64,000 nt of DNA from an uncultured virus (IMG/VR IMGVR_UViG_2660238316_000001) (taxonomy: Duplodnaviria; Heunggongvirae; Uroviricota; Caudoviricetes). Made by a program: the position numbers and the translations under genes. Below, one piece after another: positions 39,802 to 49,161 of this stretch; position 1 is the stretch's first letter; every line of letters begins with the position of its first letter. The stretch covers positions 1 through 64,000 of IMG/VR virus record IMGVR_UViG_2660238316_000001; one strand, written 5' to 3'. The notes below the pieces were generated by a model, which was not told the DNA's origin, made no database searches, and saw only the letters and a program-made list of their open reading frames with translations.

Positions 39802-40515
39802 TCAGTAGTATTCGGTGTTATACATGGCAGAGTATGCTTCTGTTACTCTGCCATCAGGGTATATGTCTTTTATTTTACAGGATACAGGGTTACCATGTGA
39901 ATCTATCGTACAGTCTCTTGTTGTTGAAACTTCAAGCTTATCATTAATGTAAGTTTTCGTTTCATAGTTAAATGGATTTATTGCTTTAGCATCAAATTCA
40001 GTCACTATTTTATTCACGAAATTCTCTTCATAACTTACGTCTAAAATAGGATATCCACTTTCGTCATACTCGTAATGTTTTCTTATTTTCCCACTTTCTG
40101 ATATTTTAACATCCGTTACAAACCCTTTATCATTCAGTAGTGTTTTAACATCTCCATTCATAGTTTGCGTAATGTTGCATTTCTCATTCAAAATTAACTT
40201 TCTTTCTTTGGTATTACTATTAATATAAAAATTACCATCTTTAACGTAATCCGTATCTATTTCTGATATTGGAGTGCGGACCTTTATTGAAGTAAAGCAG
40301 CCTTTCTCATCAATATTTGCATGAGCTTCAGAAATAACATTCCCATTGGCATCCAGCATTTTTTGACTGAGTGATTTAACAGGTCCATGTAACGGGTCTA
40401 ACCCAAATATGTTAGAGATGCTTGCAACATTCGGCGTAAAAACTAAAGATTCATTATTCCTATCGCAGGCACTTAATACCACAATCAGGGTGCAGACACT
40501 TATAATCCGTTTCAC
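39802..40515 (-). CDS. YnfC-family lipoprotein (moron)
   Basis: Lipobox LSAC; FTP.VASISNIFGLDPLHGPVKS motif; AT-rich. Confidence 0.8.
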   Translation of the reverse strand: MKRIISVCTLIVVLSACDRNNESLVFTPNVASISNIFGLDPLHGPVKSLSQKMLDANGNVISEAHANIDEKGCFTSIKVRTPISEIDTDYVKDGNFYINSNTKERKLILNEKCNITQTMNGDVKTLLNDKGFVTDVKISESGKIRKHYEYDESGYPILDVSYEENFVNKIVTEFDAKAINPFNYETKTYINDKLEVSTTRDCTIDSHGNPVSCKIKDIYPDGRVTEAYSAMYNTEYY

Positions 40516-40590
40516 TATGCACTATTCCTTATAATAAGTAGCTGATTACATAATATCAGGAGTCGCTAAGAATAATAAGAAACATATTTA

Positions 40591-41967
40591 TTACTTTGCC
40601 GCTCGACTATAAACTTCTCGTAACTGCTGCGCAGTAAAGCTATCACCAGAAACGAGTGTTTCCTGGGTGGTACTGTTTGTAGCCCTCTGCTGCCTTCCTT
40701 CCCTTTGTTTCTGTTTCCATGCCATAAAGGCCTGCTGATCCTGTGGGCTATTCAGATCAGGCGCTTCACCAAACTCTTTTTGGTACTCTCCTGCAAATGC
40801 TTCCAACTCTGCCGGGTCAATACCTGATTGATTTTGCGAACTACGTCCCCCGCCAACACCGTAGAGCTCCGAGGCCTGCTGACGGCGTTGCTCCGAGTTG
40901 CTCTTAATCTCCTGTTTTGCAGCAGTCAGTTGTTTTTCATCCATCATCGCACCATCTTTATTCAGTGCAGCCAGTTGCTTACCTTCATCTTTGCTAATAT
41001 CCAGCAGTTCTTTACGGTAGCCCTCACTTTCCTGACGCATAGCGGCTTTATCTGGCGGGTTAACCATGCTGCCAATGAACTTGGCCCTATCTGGTTGGTT
41101 AAGCTGACCAACCATCTGGCTGTAACCTCTGACCTTATTCATAAACTCATCGATAGGGATTTTAGCTACCTGGTTATCATTCACATCAGCGGAACCGAAT
41201 TGAGTCATAGGTTTGTTGGCGGTTGAACCATCGCTATAAGTGACTTTCAGACCGGGAATAACAAACTTGCCATCTTCACTGATACCAATATGAGCCAACT
41301 CTTTGCTCTTAATCTTCTTCCCTGACTCTGGATCGACTTCATCAATATTGCGTTCAATATAGGGGGCCAGCACAGTATTCATCGTTTTTAATACTTTCGG
41401 GTCGTTATAGTTCATTTCCCCGGAAAGCACCTTCGGCATAATCTGGTTAATCTCCATCACATTATCAATTGCTCCCTGACCAAAGAAACGCGAAGGGTGA
41501 AGCGGGTTATCCTTTGAAATTTGCCCATACAATTGAGGGTCAACCTGACCGGTGGTTTCAATTTGCTTATACAGCGCCTGAACAACCGGCATTTCTTCTT
41601 GCATGCGCTGCTGCCGCTCAGCTTGAGAACGTTGGAAATTAAACTCGTTCTTACGCATATTGAGTTCCTGCGCCCGCATGCCCAAGTTGGCATTTGCCGT
41701 GCGCTGACTAGCCTGCGCCAAGCCATAGTTCTTATTCCACTGCTCATCACCCACGCTATCACGCTGTGATTTATATTGATGATCACGATTGTCAGTTTCT
41801 TTGCGCCAGTTAACCTGATCCTGCGCCAGACCATAGTTACGGTCAGAGTCCTTAACCTGTTGCTGTTGTGCCGCATCCCGCAAACCCAGTTCACGGTCAC
41901 GACTGATAGCCTGATCCGCAGTATTGAAGCCTGCCAAGAAGCCGTCTGCTAAACCTTGTACGCCCAT
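40591..41967 (-). CDS. Probable DNA ejection/internal virion protein
   Basis: Q/E-rich helical 458 aa, position before giant protein. Confidence 0.65.
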   Translation of the reverse strand: MGVQGLADGFLAGFNTADQAISRDRELGLRDAAQQQQVKDSDRNYGLAQDQVNWRKETDNRDHQYKSQRDSVGDEQWNKNYGLAQASQRTANANLGMRAQELNMRKNEFNFQRSQAERQQRMQEEMPVVQALYKQIETTGQVDPQLYGQISKDNPLHPSRFFGQGAIDNVMEINQIMPKVLSGEMNYNDPKVLKTMNTVLAPYIERNIDEVDPESGKKIKSKELAHIGISEDGKFVIPGLKVTYSDGSTANKPMTQFGSADVNDNQVAKIPIDEFMNKVRGYSQMVGQLNQPDRAKFIGSMVNPPDKAAMRQESEGYRKELLDISKDEGKQLAALNKDGAMMDEKQLTAAKQEIKSNSEQRRQQASELYGVGGGRSSQNQSGIDPAELEAFAGEYQKEFGEAPDLNSPQDQQAFMAWKQKQREGRQQRATNSTTQETLVSGDSFTAQQLREVYSRAAK

Positions 41968-41979
41968 AATAATGATCCT

Positions 41980-42240
41980 TTAGAAGAAACTACTTGCCAG
42001 CAAACCTACTGCGGCACCAATACCCGCACCAATCGGCCCACCCGCAGCGCCATAGGTTGCACCAACCGCCATACCAGTACCGGCCCCCACGCCAATCATG
42101 CTCATTTGGCTCTGTTTCTGTTGGGATTTGAGCTGCTCATTTGCAGATTCGCGCTGTATCTCACGGTTAGAAGCATCACCTAGCCCTTGCATGGCCTGCT
42201 GCCGAGTATCCCGTGCAACATCAATCAGTCCGTATCCCAT
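41980..42240 (-). CDS. Small glycine-zipper virion/ejection protein
   Basis: GAGTGMAVGATYGAAGGPIGAGIGAAVG. Confidence 0.65.
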   Translation of the reverse strand: MGYGLIDVARDTRQQAMQGLGDASNREIQRESANEQLKSQQKQSQMSMIGVGAGTGMAVGATYGAAGGPIGAGIGAAVGLLASSFF

Positions 42241-42623
42241 TAGTTACTCCCCCCGCCAATACTCATTTGCTCGCGTAGGCTTGCACTGCCACCGGTTAAA
42301 ATATTCATCTGCCGATCTTGCTCAGCCTCCCGGATACCATTCTTCGCCCCGGCAGTGGCCAGTGCTGAGCGCAAGCCTAAACTGTTATCGTTCGGGTTTG
42401 CCGTCTGAGTAGTGCCATAACGCGCCAACTGATTTTGAGTACCCAACTGAGCAGAACGCAGACTGTTAGCAGAACTATCACTGACGCGGGTTAATTGCTG
42501 ATTCATCAGTTCGCCGCTGGTAGCCAAACCCATCAGCTCTTTTTGCTTTGGATAAAAACGAGTGAGCCAATCGTTATACTGATCACGAATAAGATTGGCA
42601 TAGGTATCAGATGCTTGTCCCAT
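42240..42623 (-). CDS. Probable internal virion protein
   Basis: Coupled ORF in ejection-protein cluster. Confidence 0.6.
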   Translation of the reverse strand: MGQASDTYANLIRDQYNDWLTRFYPKQKELMGLATSGELMNQQLTRVSDSSANSLRSAQLGTQNQLARYGTTQTANPNDNSLGLRSALATAGAKNGIREAEQDRQMNILTGGSASLREQMSIGGGSN

Positions 42624-42638
42624 AACTACCTCCTATCA

Positions 42639-43274
42639 TTAGCTGCCGCCAAAGATGCCAGTGGATTTACTACTCACGTCTTTGAGACCATAAGTCGATT
42701 TGCTGCTGACATCCTTTACCCCATAATTACGAGCGGCCATACCACCAGCAGCACCAACTAATTGCCCTACTGCCTGTCGGTCGCTAAGTGACTTCTGTGC
42801 ATCGCTGGTCGCTTTACTTAAACTCTGGCTGGCAATGTTGCTATAACCAGACAGTGCATCAGCTTTTTGCCCTGAACCCATAGCGACAACATCCTGTAAG
42901 CCGGCGACATATTTATCCTGTTGTGAGGTTTGCGCTCGGTTAGTAGTGTCGATTTGCCCTGCCACCTGATCACTTTGCAGCGTTTGCAGTGCTCCCTGAA
43001 ACTTACCGCTACTCGGATCAACACCACCGGCTGCCAGTTCCGTCGCCGCCTGTTGGCGTGCCTTACCAAACTCCTGTTGATAACCTAAGTTGACGGTCCC
43101 AGCAGCATCGTCGTATTTCGACTCGTTATTCATACTGTCTACTTTGCTAATAAACAGATTTTCCATTGGCTTAAGTTCGTTCTGGTACAGCGTCCATTGT
43201 TTACCCGCAATTTCAGCCGCTGCCAGTTCCTGAGAGGTTTCTTTAACCTCGGTGCTACCGCCACCTTTGCCCAT
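42639..43274 (-). CDS. Probable internal virion protein
   Basis: MGKGGGS N-terminus typical of podovirus ejection proteins; GGAGG RBS. Confidence 0.65.
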   Translation of the reverse strand: MGKGGGSTEVKETSQELAAAEIAGKQWTLYQNELKPMENLFISKVDSMNNESKYDDAAGTVNLGYQQEFGKARQQAATELAAGGVDPSSGKFQGALQTLQSDQVAGQIDTTNRAQTSQQDKYVAGLQDVVAMGSGQKADALSGYSNIASQSLSKATSDAQKSLSDRQAVGQLVGAAGGMAARNYGVKDVSSKSTYGLKDVSSKSTGIFGGS

Positions 43275-43289
43275 AATGACCTCCCATTT

Positions 43290-43436
43290 TCACCACCAAC
43301 GAACTACGGATAGCACGCTGGCCACACCATATAAAATGCCGACCAGTACAGTGGAGTAATACATGCGCCGGAGTGTTTTACTTCGTTCAAACAGTTCTAG
43401 AGCTTTCACAACCCATTCTCCTAGGTTAATATTCAC
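43290..43436 (-). CDS. Small membrane peptide ending RWW (48 aa, absent from ORF track)
   Basis: MNINLGEWVVKALELFERSKTLRRMYYSTVLVGILYGVASVLSVVRWW*, preceded by hairpin 43475-43510. Confidence 0.6.
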   Translation of the reverse strand: MNINLGEWVVKALELFERSKTLRRMYYSTVLVGILYGVASVLSVVRWW

Positions 43437-43529
43437 CCATCTTCTCCCTTGCCTTTTTCAAGGTGCAGAAAGTAGAAAGCCCCGGCTGCGGCTAACAGTT
43501 CGGGGCTTTCGCTTATCTACTCGTTTACA

Positions 43530-43904
43530 TTAAACCGGTATTTTGAATTTCATCAGTCCATCTTCGTCCACCAGACGCTCAAAACCGAGACGCCGCGCAA
43601 TTCGGATAAACCCTTTTCGTGCTGTATAAAACTCCGCCCAGCGCCCGCCTATCATCCGAGTCAGTTGCTGAACCTCCGGCGTGTACTTAACCAAACCTTG
43701 CTGCCCGCTACTGATACCCAGCCAAACCACCACATAAGGAATGCCTTCTTTCATTCGCGGGCGCAGGACTATCACGGCATCGTCCGCTGAAAAGCAAAAC
43801 GCCTGCTTTTTACGGCAGGCGTCCTGGACATGAATGAGGAGTTCCGGATCCCCGGCATCACTGGCTATTCGGGCCAGTTTAGAAGTGAAAGTAGTTTGCA
43901 GCAT
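43530..43904 (-). CDS. Hypothetical phage protein
   Basis: 124-aa ORF in late operon. Confidence 0.65.
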   Translation of the reverse strand: MLQTTFTSKLARIASDAGDPELLIHVQDACRKKQAFCFSADDAVIVLRPRMKEGIPYVVVWLGISSGQQGLVKYTPEVQQLTRMIGGRWAEFYTARKGFIRIARRLGFERLVDEDGLMKFKIPV

Positions 43905-44877
43905 CCAGCACCATGATAGGAATACTTGAAATGTAATAGGTTAATGGACCATGGGATGCCGGTTGATTTCTGGCCCACCCCCAGGCAGGGCCAATCTGCG
44001 TGCCGTTGCTGTTCACCCAGACATAAACCTGCCACGGGTAACTGTACATCGCACCAATATTGCACGGCGCGTACATGGGTCGGGCGATTCCCTCAACACT
44101 CCGCATGGAGCCTAATGCTGCACCGGTTAAAGGAACCAATTTAGGGCGGGCCAAAATATCGTAGCCCGAGTTATAAACCACTGAGCCATTTTGTTTCGAA
44201 TAGATTTCCAAGCCATATTTGCTTCGATTTAACGCACCATTACCAAAAATACAGACCTTGGCTCTAATGGTCGCGCCGCCACCGCCATTGACATAAAAAA
44301 CCCGATATCGGCGGTCAGTGGGGTCAGGCGACATACAAATGGTTTTACTGGCATCTGTTGTGTAGAAATAACACATCACCTGATCGGCTGCGAATGCCGG
44401 ATTAATATTACTGGGAAGCCAACCATCATAAATATCAATTTCTCCCTTAAACAGTAAGCAAGAGAATTGGCTGATATTGCTAATACCGGTGAAGTTATTA
44501 ACCCCCATAAATTGGATACCATAACCGCCCACCGATCCAGAAGCGGGCCAGATATAAACACCATAATATGAGGATGGAATAGCACCATAGTAATTAACTG
44601 AGTTTACTTTCAGTGTACGATTAGCATCCAAGTAAGGTTGATTATAAGCGAATCCACCAGGTACCCACTGACTACCACTAACGGTATAATCAAGCCAGGC
44701 ATAAGAAGACATCCAAAGAAAATAGTCATAGCCAGAAGGAATAGTAATCCCCGTATTCCATTCCCCATATGAAGTACCTTTACTGCCCATGCCAACTATT
44801 TTAGTGACCGTAGTTTTGTTATCCATCACGACTGATGTGCCATCAGGGCGGAATACTTCTAAACCGTAGCGCGACAC
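43879..44877 (-). CDS. Tail-associated protein
   Basis: Repeated YG(L/I)(E/Q)(V/I/F) modules; follows tail tip gene. Confidence 0.6.
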   Translation of the reverse strand: MSRYGLEVFRPDGTSVVMDNKTTVTKIVGMGSKGTSYGEWNTGITIPSGYDYFLWMSSYAWLDYTVSGSQWVPGGFAYNQPYLDANRTLKVNSVNYYGAIPSSYYGVYIWPASGSVGGYGIQFMGVNNFTGISNISQFSCLLFKGEIDIYDGWLPSNINPAFAADQVMCYFYTTDASKTICMSPDPTDRRYRVFYVNGGGGATIRAKVCIFGNGALNRSKYGLEIYSKQNGSVVYNSGYDILARPKLVPLTGAALGSMRSVEGIARPMYAPCNIGAMYSYPWQVYVWVNSNGTQIGPAWGWARNQPASHGPLTYYISSIPIMVLDAANYFHF

Positions 44878-44943
44878 TGCCAGATACCGTTAAAGTTAAA
44901 ATCAGGAGGGGGATTCTTACCCACGGACATACACGCGGTTAAA

Positions 44944-46050
44944 CTAATCAAGCTTGCCAAGACGAACCATAAGCGCACCTTTCTCATCATAAACCTCTAT
45001 TCTCTCGTTAGTGATAACCAGGCCAATACTGCCTGCACCTTGCCTGATGGTAATTCTTCCCGTATTTGAAACACTGAATAGGTCGCCAATTTTCAGATTA
45101 CCGGCGGCATCAACTGTGAACTTACCGTTATTTATCGTGGCGCTATTGAGCGTGGGCGTTGAAATGCTGATCCCCGCTTTAACTTCATCAGCGATAATCG
45201 TTTGAGCGTTCAAAATCTTAATAGTGGCTTCACGAATGGCAGCCTCATCAATGACCACTCGCCCGCCGGAAATAGAAAACGGAATCGCATAGGAACCGGT
45301 ATCGGTTGGATTATTCGGGTCAAAGACAAAAAATTGACTGGCCGATATGGCGACCTGAGCAATGGGTTTTCCGTTAGCATCAATGCCTGCGACAATCCCG
45401 ATACCTGCGGTGATCCCGCTGGCATCAACTTTGGTGCTCCACATTTTCTGAAATGCCTGGCCGCCGTTCTGGTCAAGATCATTGACGCTATTGGCGAGCT
45501 CACCGATTAATGGCGATTCATTAATCTCCTTATTAATCAGGTCAATAATTTCATCAATATCAGCAGCGGTTTTGGCTGGAGTTCCCTCACTGGCATTAAA
45601 TGGCCCCGCCATACCTGCGGAGTTAATAAAGCGAATCCAGTAATAACCTTGCCATCCCGGGTCAACTGGGTCGCCATAAACCGCCGCCGCCGAGCTGGCT
45701 ACCATCACCGCATTAGCCAGGTTATCTTCAGTGCTGCGATAGATTTCCGTCAGCGAATGCCCACGGTAATTCGGCATCTCCCATTCCAGCAGTACCGCGC
45801 CAAAACCGCCGTTGGCTTTAAAGTTTCGTGGTTGAGTGGGAAAAGAGGGGGCTGGGCCAGTATTATCATTGGGATGAGGTTTGAGCTGTAATTTACCGCC
45901 CGCCCCTGCACGTAACTTGGCTAAATCCAAATCAGCCAACTCGGCATAAGTGACGGCACGATGACGACCGTCACCGCGCTGCCCGGTCAACACCTCAATA
46001 TTTTCAGAGAGTGCCGCAGCATCACGACCCGCACGGAATCCTTTGGTCAT
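44944..46050 (-). CDS. Tail tip/host-specificity protein (FN3 + DUF1983-like)
   Basis: YYWIRFINSAG..GPFN; WSTKVDASG.TAGIG; ERIEVYDEKG.LMVRLG. Confidence 0.75.
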   Translation of the reverse strand: MTKGFRAGRDAAALSENIEVLTGQRGDGRHRAVTYAELADLDLAKLRAGAGGKLQLKPHPNDNTGPAPSFPTQPRNFKANGGFGAVLLEWEMPNYRGHSLTEIYRSTEDNLANAVMVASSAAAVYGDPVDPGWQGYYWIRFINSAGMAGPFNASEGTPAKTAADIDEIIDLINKEINESPLIGELANSVNDLDQNGGQAFQKMWSTKVDASGITAGIGIVAGIDANGKPIAQVAISASQFFVFDPNNPTDTGSYAIPFSISGGRVVIDEAAIREATIKILNAQTIIADEVKAGISISTPTLNSATINNGKFTVDAAGNLKIGDLFSVSNTGRITIRQGAGSIGLVITNERIEVYDEKGALMVRLGKLD

Positions 46051-47675
46051 GCTGGCATCTCCGCCATTGAGGTACTCAGGGTAATACGGTCAACTTGCGC
46101 GTAACCCCAGACCTCAACCGTCCATTTGCGGCCGGTGATCGGCGGCAACTTCAGAAGCCCATCCATTAAGGAGCCCGGTGGCAGCGACAGCACCGGCGCA
46201 CCATCAACAATCAAATTGACCCCCACGCGGATCACACTCTCGCTCATTATGCGCAAGCAGGAAAATGAGGTGCCGGGAGGGGCCAGAAATGGCTTGCTAC
46301 GCCATGTGATCGGCAACGGCGTGGTACTGACTTGAGAGATGGTTAATTTATCGTCTTTAATGGTATAGAGCGTATCCGACTCCAGATCATTAAAAGCAGT
46401 ATCAAAAACGGTGGTCAGGTGACGGATATCCATCGCTTGCGGATCGAAAATAAATCCGGCGCTGGTTCCTTTTGCCGTCTGGTAAATCGCCAGATATTCG
46501 CCTTCCACCTGCCATGCTTTGATACTTTCAGGATTGAAGTTTTTCCTCCATTGCCGTGGCTCGATAATCTGCTCAGTGGCAACTAATGCATTGCCAGTAC
46601 TATCAACCGATACCAATCCATTGGGTGACGCGTAGAGCGCAAAGCTATCCATACTCACCATGCTGCGGCGGCTGACACAGGCTTGCATCACCGGTAACTT
46701 GGCGTTGGTTATATTGGACGGAGTGATACCACTGAACAGATAAGGCCGCCCTTTGGTTCCCACCACCAGCCCGGCACCAATAGGCGCAATAGCCACAATA
46801 TCGTGCTCGGTACTTTGCTTGTAATTTTCCGGCCAGGCATAGGGGAGAAACGCCTCAGAGAACATGACTTGGTTACCAGCAAAACCAGCGGCTATACCGT
46901 TTGCCATCAGACACAAACCAATCATTTCATCCGGCGGCATCAGGAAGTTTTCGGTTTCCAACACCGGACCAAGTTCTTTATCCAGCAAAACATCCTGGTA
47001 GGTAAGAACACCAACGTCCAACTCGACCAACAGCAGATAATCAGCAACCCCGCCGCCAGAGGCAGAGCGATAAATGCGGCGGCGGGTGATATTTGAATTC
47101 TGGCTGCCAGGTGGTTGCAGGGCGAGGTCTACGCTACTGCCGGGGTACACAATGGTCACTTCCTGCGAAACTGGCCCCGGCGGCCCCTCTTCCCCGTAGC
47201 CCGTGACATAGGTTTCAACATAAAAACGGGTATCGTCATCGGTTGGATCATCATCATCATGATCAGCTGGCGGCGTAATTGCAGTGACCTCAATAGGATT
47301 AACTGGAGCTGGAATGCCCAGCCGAAAACTCACCGCCGGGAAATTACCCTCTCCTTGAGTCGCTATTTCATTGCTGGTGACCTTGGGATATTTGCCATCA
47401 GTGAAATAGACCCGCTCATATTTATCCTGCGCCACCGGACTGCGGATCGCGTCAACCAAGTCAGTCCAGGCAAACCAATAATCATCGCGGTAACGGAAAA
47501 TAGTGGTTGGCTTCAACTTAAATGTTTTCCCACCATCAATATCCGCCATAACCGGTGTAATAACGCCGTGGCGGAAATGGCAGTTTTTAGCAATGGTCGC
47601 CGCTTGCTCTGGCAATAGATGTGGCACCGCCCGCGGCATTTCGCCACGCATGGTAGTGATATCGATAGCTGACAT
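46047..47675 (-). CDS. Tail tubular/stabilisation protein
   Basis: RFYVETYVT.YGEEGPP, RRIYRS, FSEAFLPYAWP motifs. Confidence 0.7.
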   Translation of the reverse strand: MSAIDITTMRGEMPRAVPHLLPEQAATIAKNCHFRHGVITPVMADIDGGKTFKLKPTTIFRYRDDYWFAWTDLVDAIRSPVAQDKYERVYFTDGKYPKVTSNEIATQGEGNFPAVSFRLGIPAPVNPIEVTAITPPADHDDDDPTDDDTRFYVETYVTGYGEEGPPGPVSQEVTIVYPGSSVDLALQPPGSQNSNITRRRIYRSASGGGVADYLLLVELDVGVLTYQDVLLDKELGPVLETENFLMPPDEMIGLCLMANGIAAGFAGNQVMFSEAFLPYAWPENYKQSTEHDIVAIAPIGAGLVVGTKGRPYLFSGITPSNITNAKLPVMQACVSRRSMVSMDSFALYASPNGLVSVDSTGNALVATEQIIEPRQWRKNFNPESIKAWQVEGEYLAIYQTAKGTSAGFIFDPQAMDIRHLTTVFDTAFNDLESDTLYTIKDDKLTISQVSTTPLPITWRSKPFLAPPGTSFSCLRIMSESVIRVGVNLIVDGAPVLSLPPGSLMDGLLKLPPITGRKWTVEVWGYAQVDRITLSTSMAEMPA

Positions 47676-47698
47676 AGGGAGTGATTTCCGACAGGCAT

Positions 47699-47769
47699 AA
47701 AAAAAGCCCCACTAAAAAGTGAGGCTTGGCATCTTTGGGTAATTTAGCGCGTTGTTGATAAGAGAGCAA
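47699..47769 (-). promoter_or_regulatory. Late promoter-terminator module 3
   Basis: TTGCTC-17-TAAATT-ACCC-AAAGATGCC followed by AAGCCTCAC/GTGGGGCTT hairpin and T-run. Confidence 0.8.
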
Positions 47770-47956
47770 TGGGGTATTTATTTAATTTAAGGCGCATAAC
47801 TACCAGGCTGCGAGGTAGAGGATATTTTTCAATATATGTGGGAAATATCTGATGTTGTTCTATTTTCAGATTTTTGCTCACTATAATGGTTTGGAGTAAT
47901 CATCCAATTCCAATATACTTGGGCGGGAATATATAGGGTAATAACAAGGAAAAGTT

Positions 47957-48412
47957 ATGGATACGGTTGAGCAACTCAATGGAACATATTTTTATAAAGG
48001 AATGGTAAACCTTACGCCGCAGGAATTATTATTCTGGGTTATGATTGACGCTACAGAGGAGCAGTTAGGTGTACAAGATATGGTGGCTGTTGCATCCCTT
48101 ATTCTTGGCGGTAACTATATTTCAGTCCCTGGAAAACCATTAACTGCAACTCCGGGAACCTCCCCCGCCTCCCTATTTTTTAGAAAACATCTACGCTATA
48201 CCTTTAAGAGTCGGGTTCTTCCTACTCTTACACAAAAATCTTTTAGCTTAAGAAAGATAAAAATATTTTGGGTAAACAACCTAGGGGCGTTTGTTGGTCG
48301 TGCTGTCCCTGTCGTTGGATGGATTATTTTAGCTAATGATATAACTCAGATCAGCATTAAGACGGCTACACGCTACAACAATATTGTCCGAATGGAAGAT
48401 CAATTATGGTAA
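47957..48412 (+). CDS. STM2901-like protein (moron)
   Basis: MDTVEQLNGTYFY...ATPGTS.AS...LGAFVGRAVPVVGW. Confidence 0.75.
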   Translation: MDTVEQLNGTYFYKGMVNLTPQELLFWVMIDATEEQLGVQDMVAVASLILGGNYISVPGKPLTATPGTSPASLFFRKHLRYTFKSRVLPTLTQKSFSLRKIKIFWVNNLGAFVGRAVPVVGWIILANDITQISIKTATRYNNIVRMEDQLW

Positions 48413-48732
48413 CGTCCCCCAATGTTGAACAGCAGGTTATCGAGTTTTTTAAAAAAGAACTTCCTTTGGTAACAACAATTACCTTCAAAAAAATCCCTGT
48501 TGAAGTCGATTCTGCGCTGCAAAATAATTTTGTATTTGAAGACATTAGTGATGTCACCGACGCCTATTTCAAAGCATTTAACGTCAATTATGATAACTTC
48601 TATTGGAGTAATTATTTTCCTTGGAAAGAAAAAGGATTCTTTTCTCGTAAAGAACCTATCCAAAATAAAAAGCCACTGACAATAAGAATGTTTGCAGAAT
48701 CTGCAAAAGCTGGCCGCTGGCTATACGATTGA
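48406..48732 (+). CDS. DUF1493-like protein (moron partner)
   Basis: C-terminal PLTIRMFAESAKAGRWLYD. Confidence 0.75.
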   Translation: MVTSPNVEQQVIEFFKKELPLVTTITFKKIPVEVDSALQNNFVFEDISDVTDAYFKAFNVNYDNFYWSNYFPWKEKGFFSRKEPIQNKKPLTIRMFAESAKAGRWLYD

Positions 48733-48766
48733 AATAGCCAGGCAATTAAGCCCGGTTTTGCTATCC

Positions 48767-49159
48767 CTATTCCGGCGCTGTGGGCCACTCAATATTCGGC
48801 GCAAGAGAAACATCAACGTTTTTCACTGCAACGCGGTATTGCTTCCACGCTTTCAAATCAGCACGCAGTTTATCCGACACATCTTTTTCGCTATCCACCA
48901 GCTCCTCTATCTCATCAGCAATAGCACCTATCATGTCAGAAGCATGAGATAAAATAACCGTTTGCTTTTGCGTGACTTCAATAATCATCTGTTGCAGAAC
49001 GCGCGGCGCGGGGCCAGGTAACCATTCGCCATTTTCATCTGCGTAATAAGTTGGGTCTGGCCTGGGGCCATTCATTACAATGCATTTTTCCGGTAACTGA
49101 AACGTATCTGAATAGCTGATATATTCAACATTAGTCCCCAACTCTGAGTATGTTCTCAT
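48767..49159 (-). CDS. Tail fibre assembly chaperone
   Basis: LKAWKQYRVAV..VDVSLAPNIEWP. Confidence 0.85.
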   Translation of the reverse strand: MRTYSELGTNVEYISYSDTFQLPEKCIVMNGPRPDPTYYADENGEWLPGPAPRVLQQMIIEVTQKQTVILSHASDMIGAIADEIEELVDSEKDVSDKLRADLKAWKQYRVAVKNVDVSLAPNIEWPTAPE

Positions 49160-49161
49160 GT

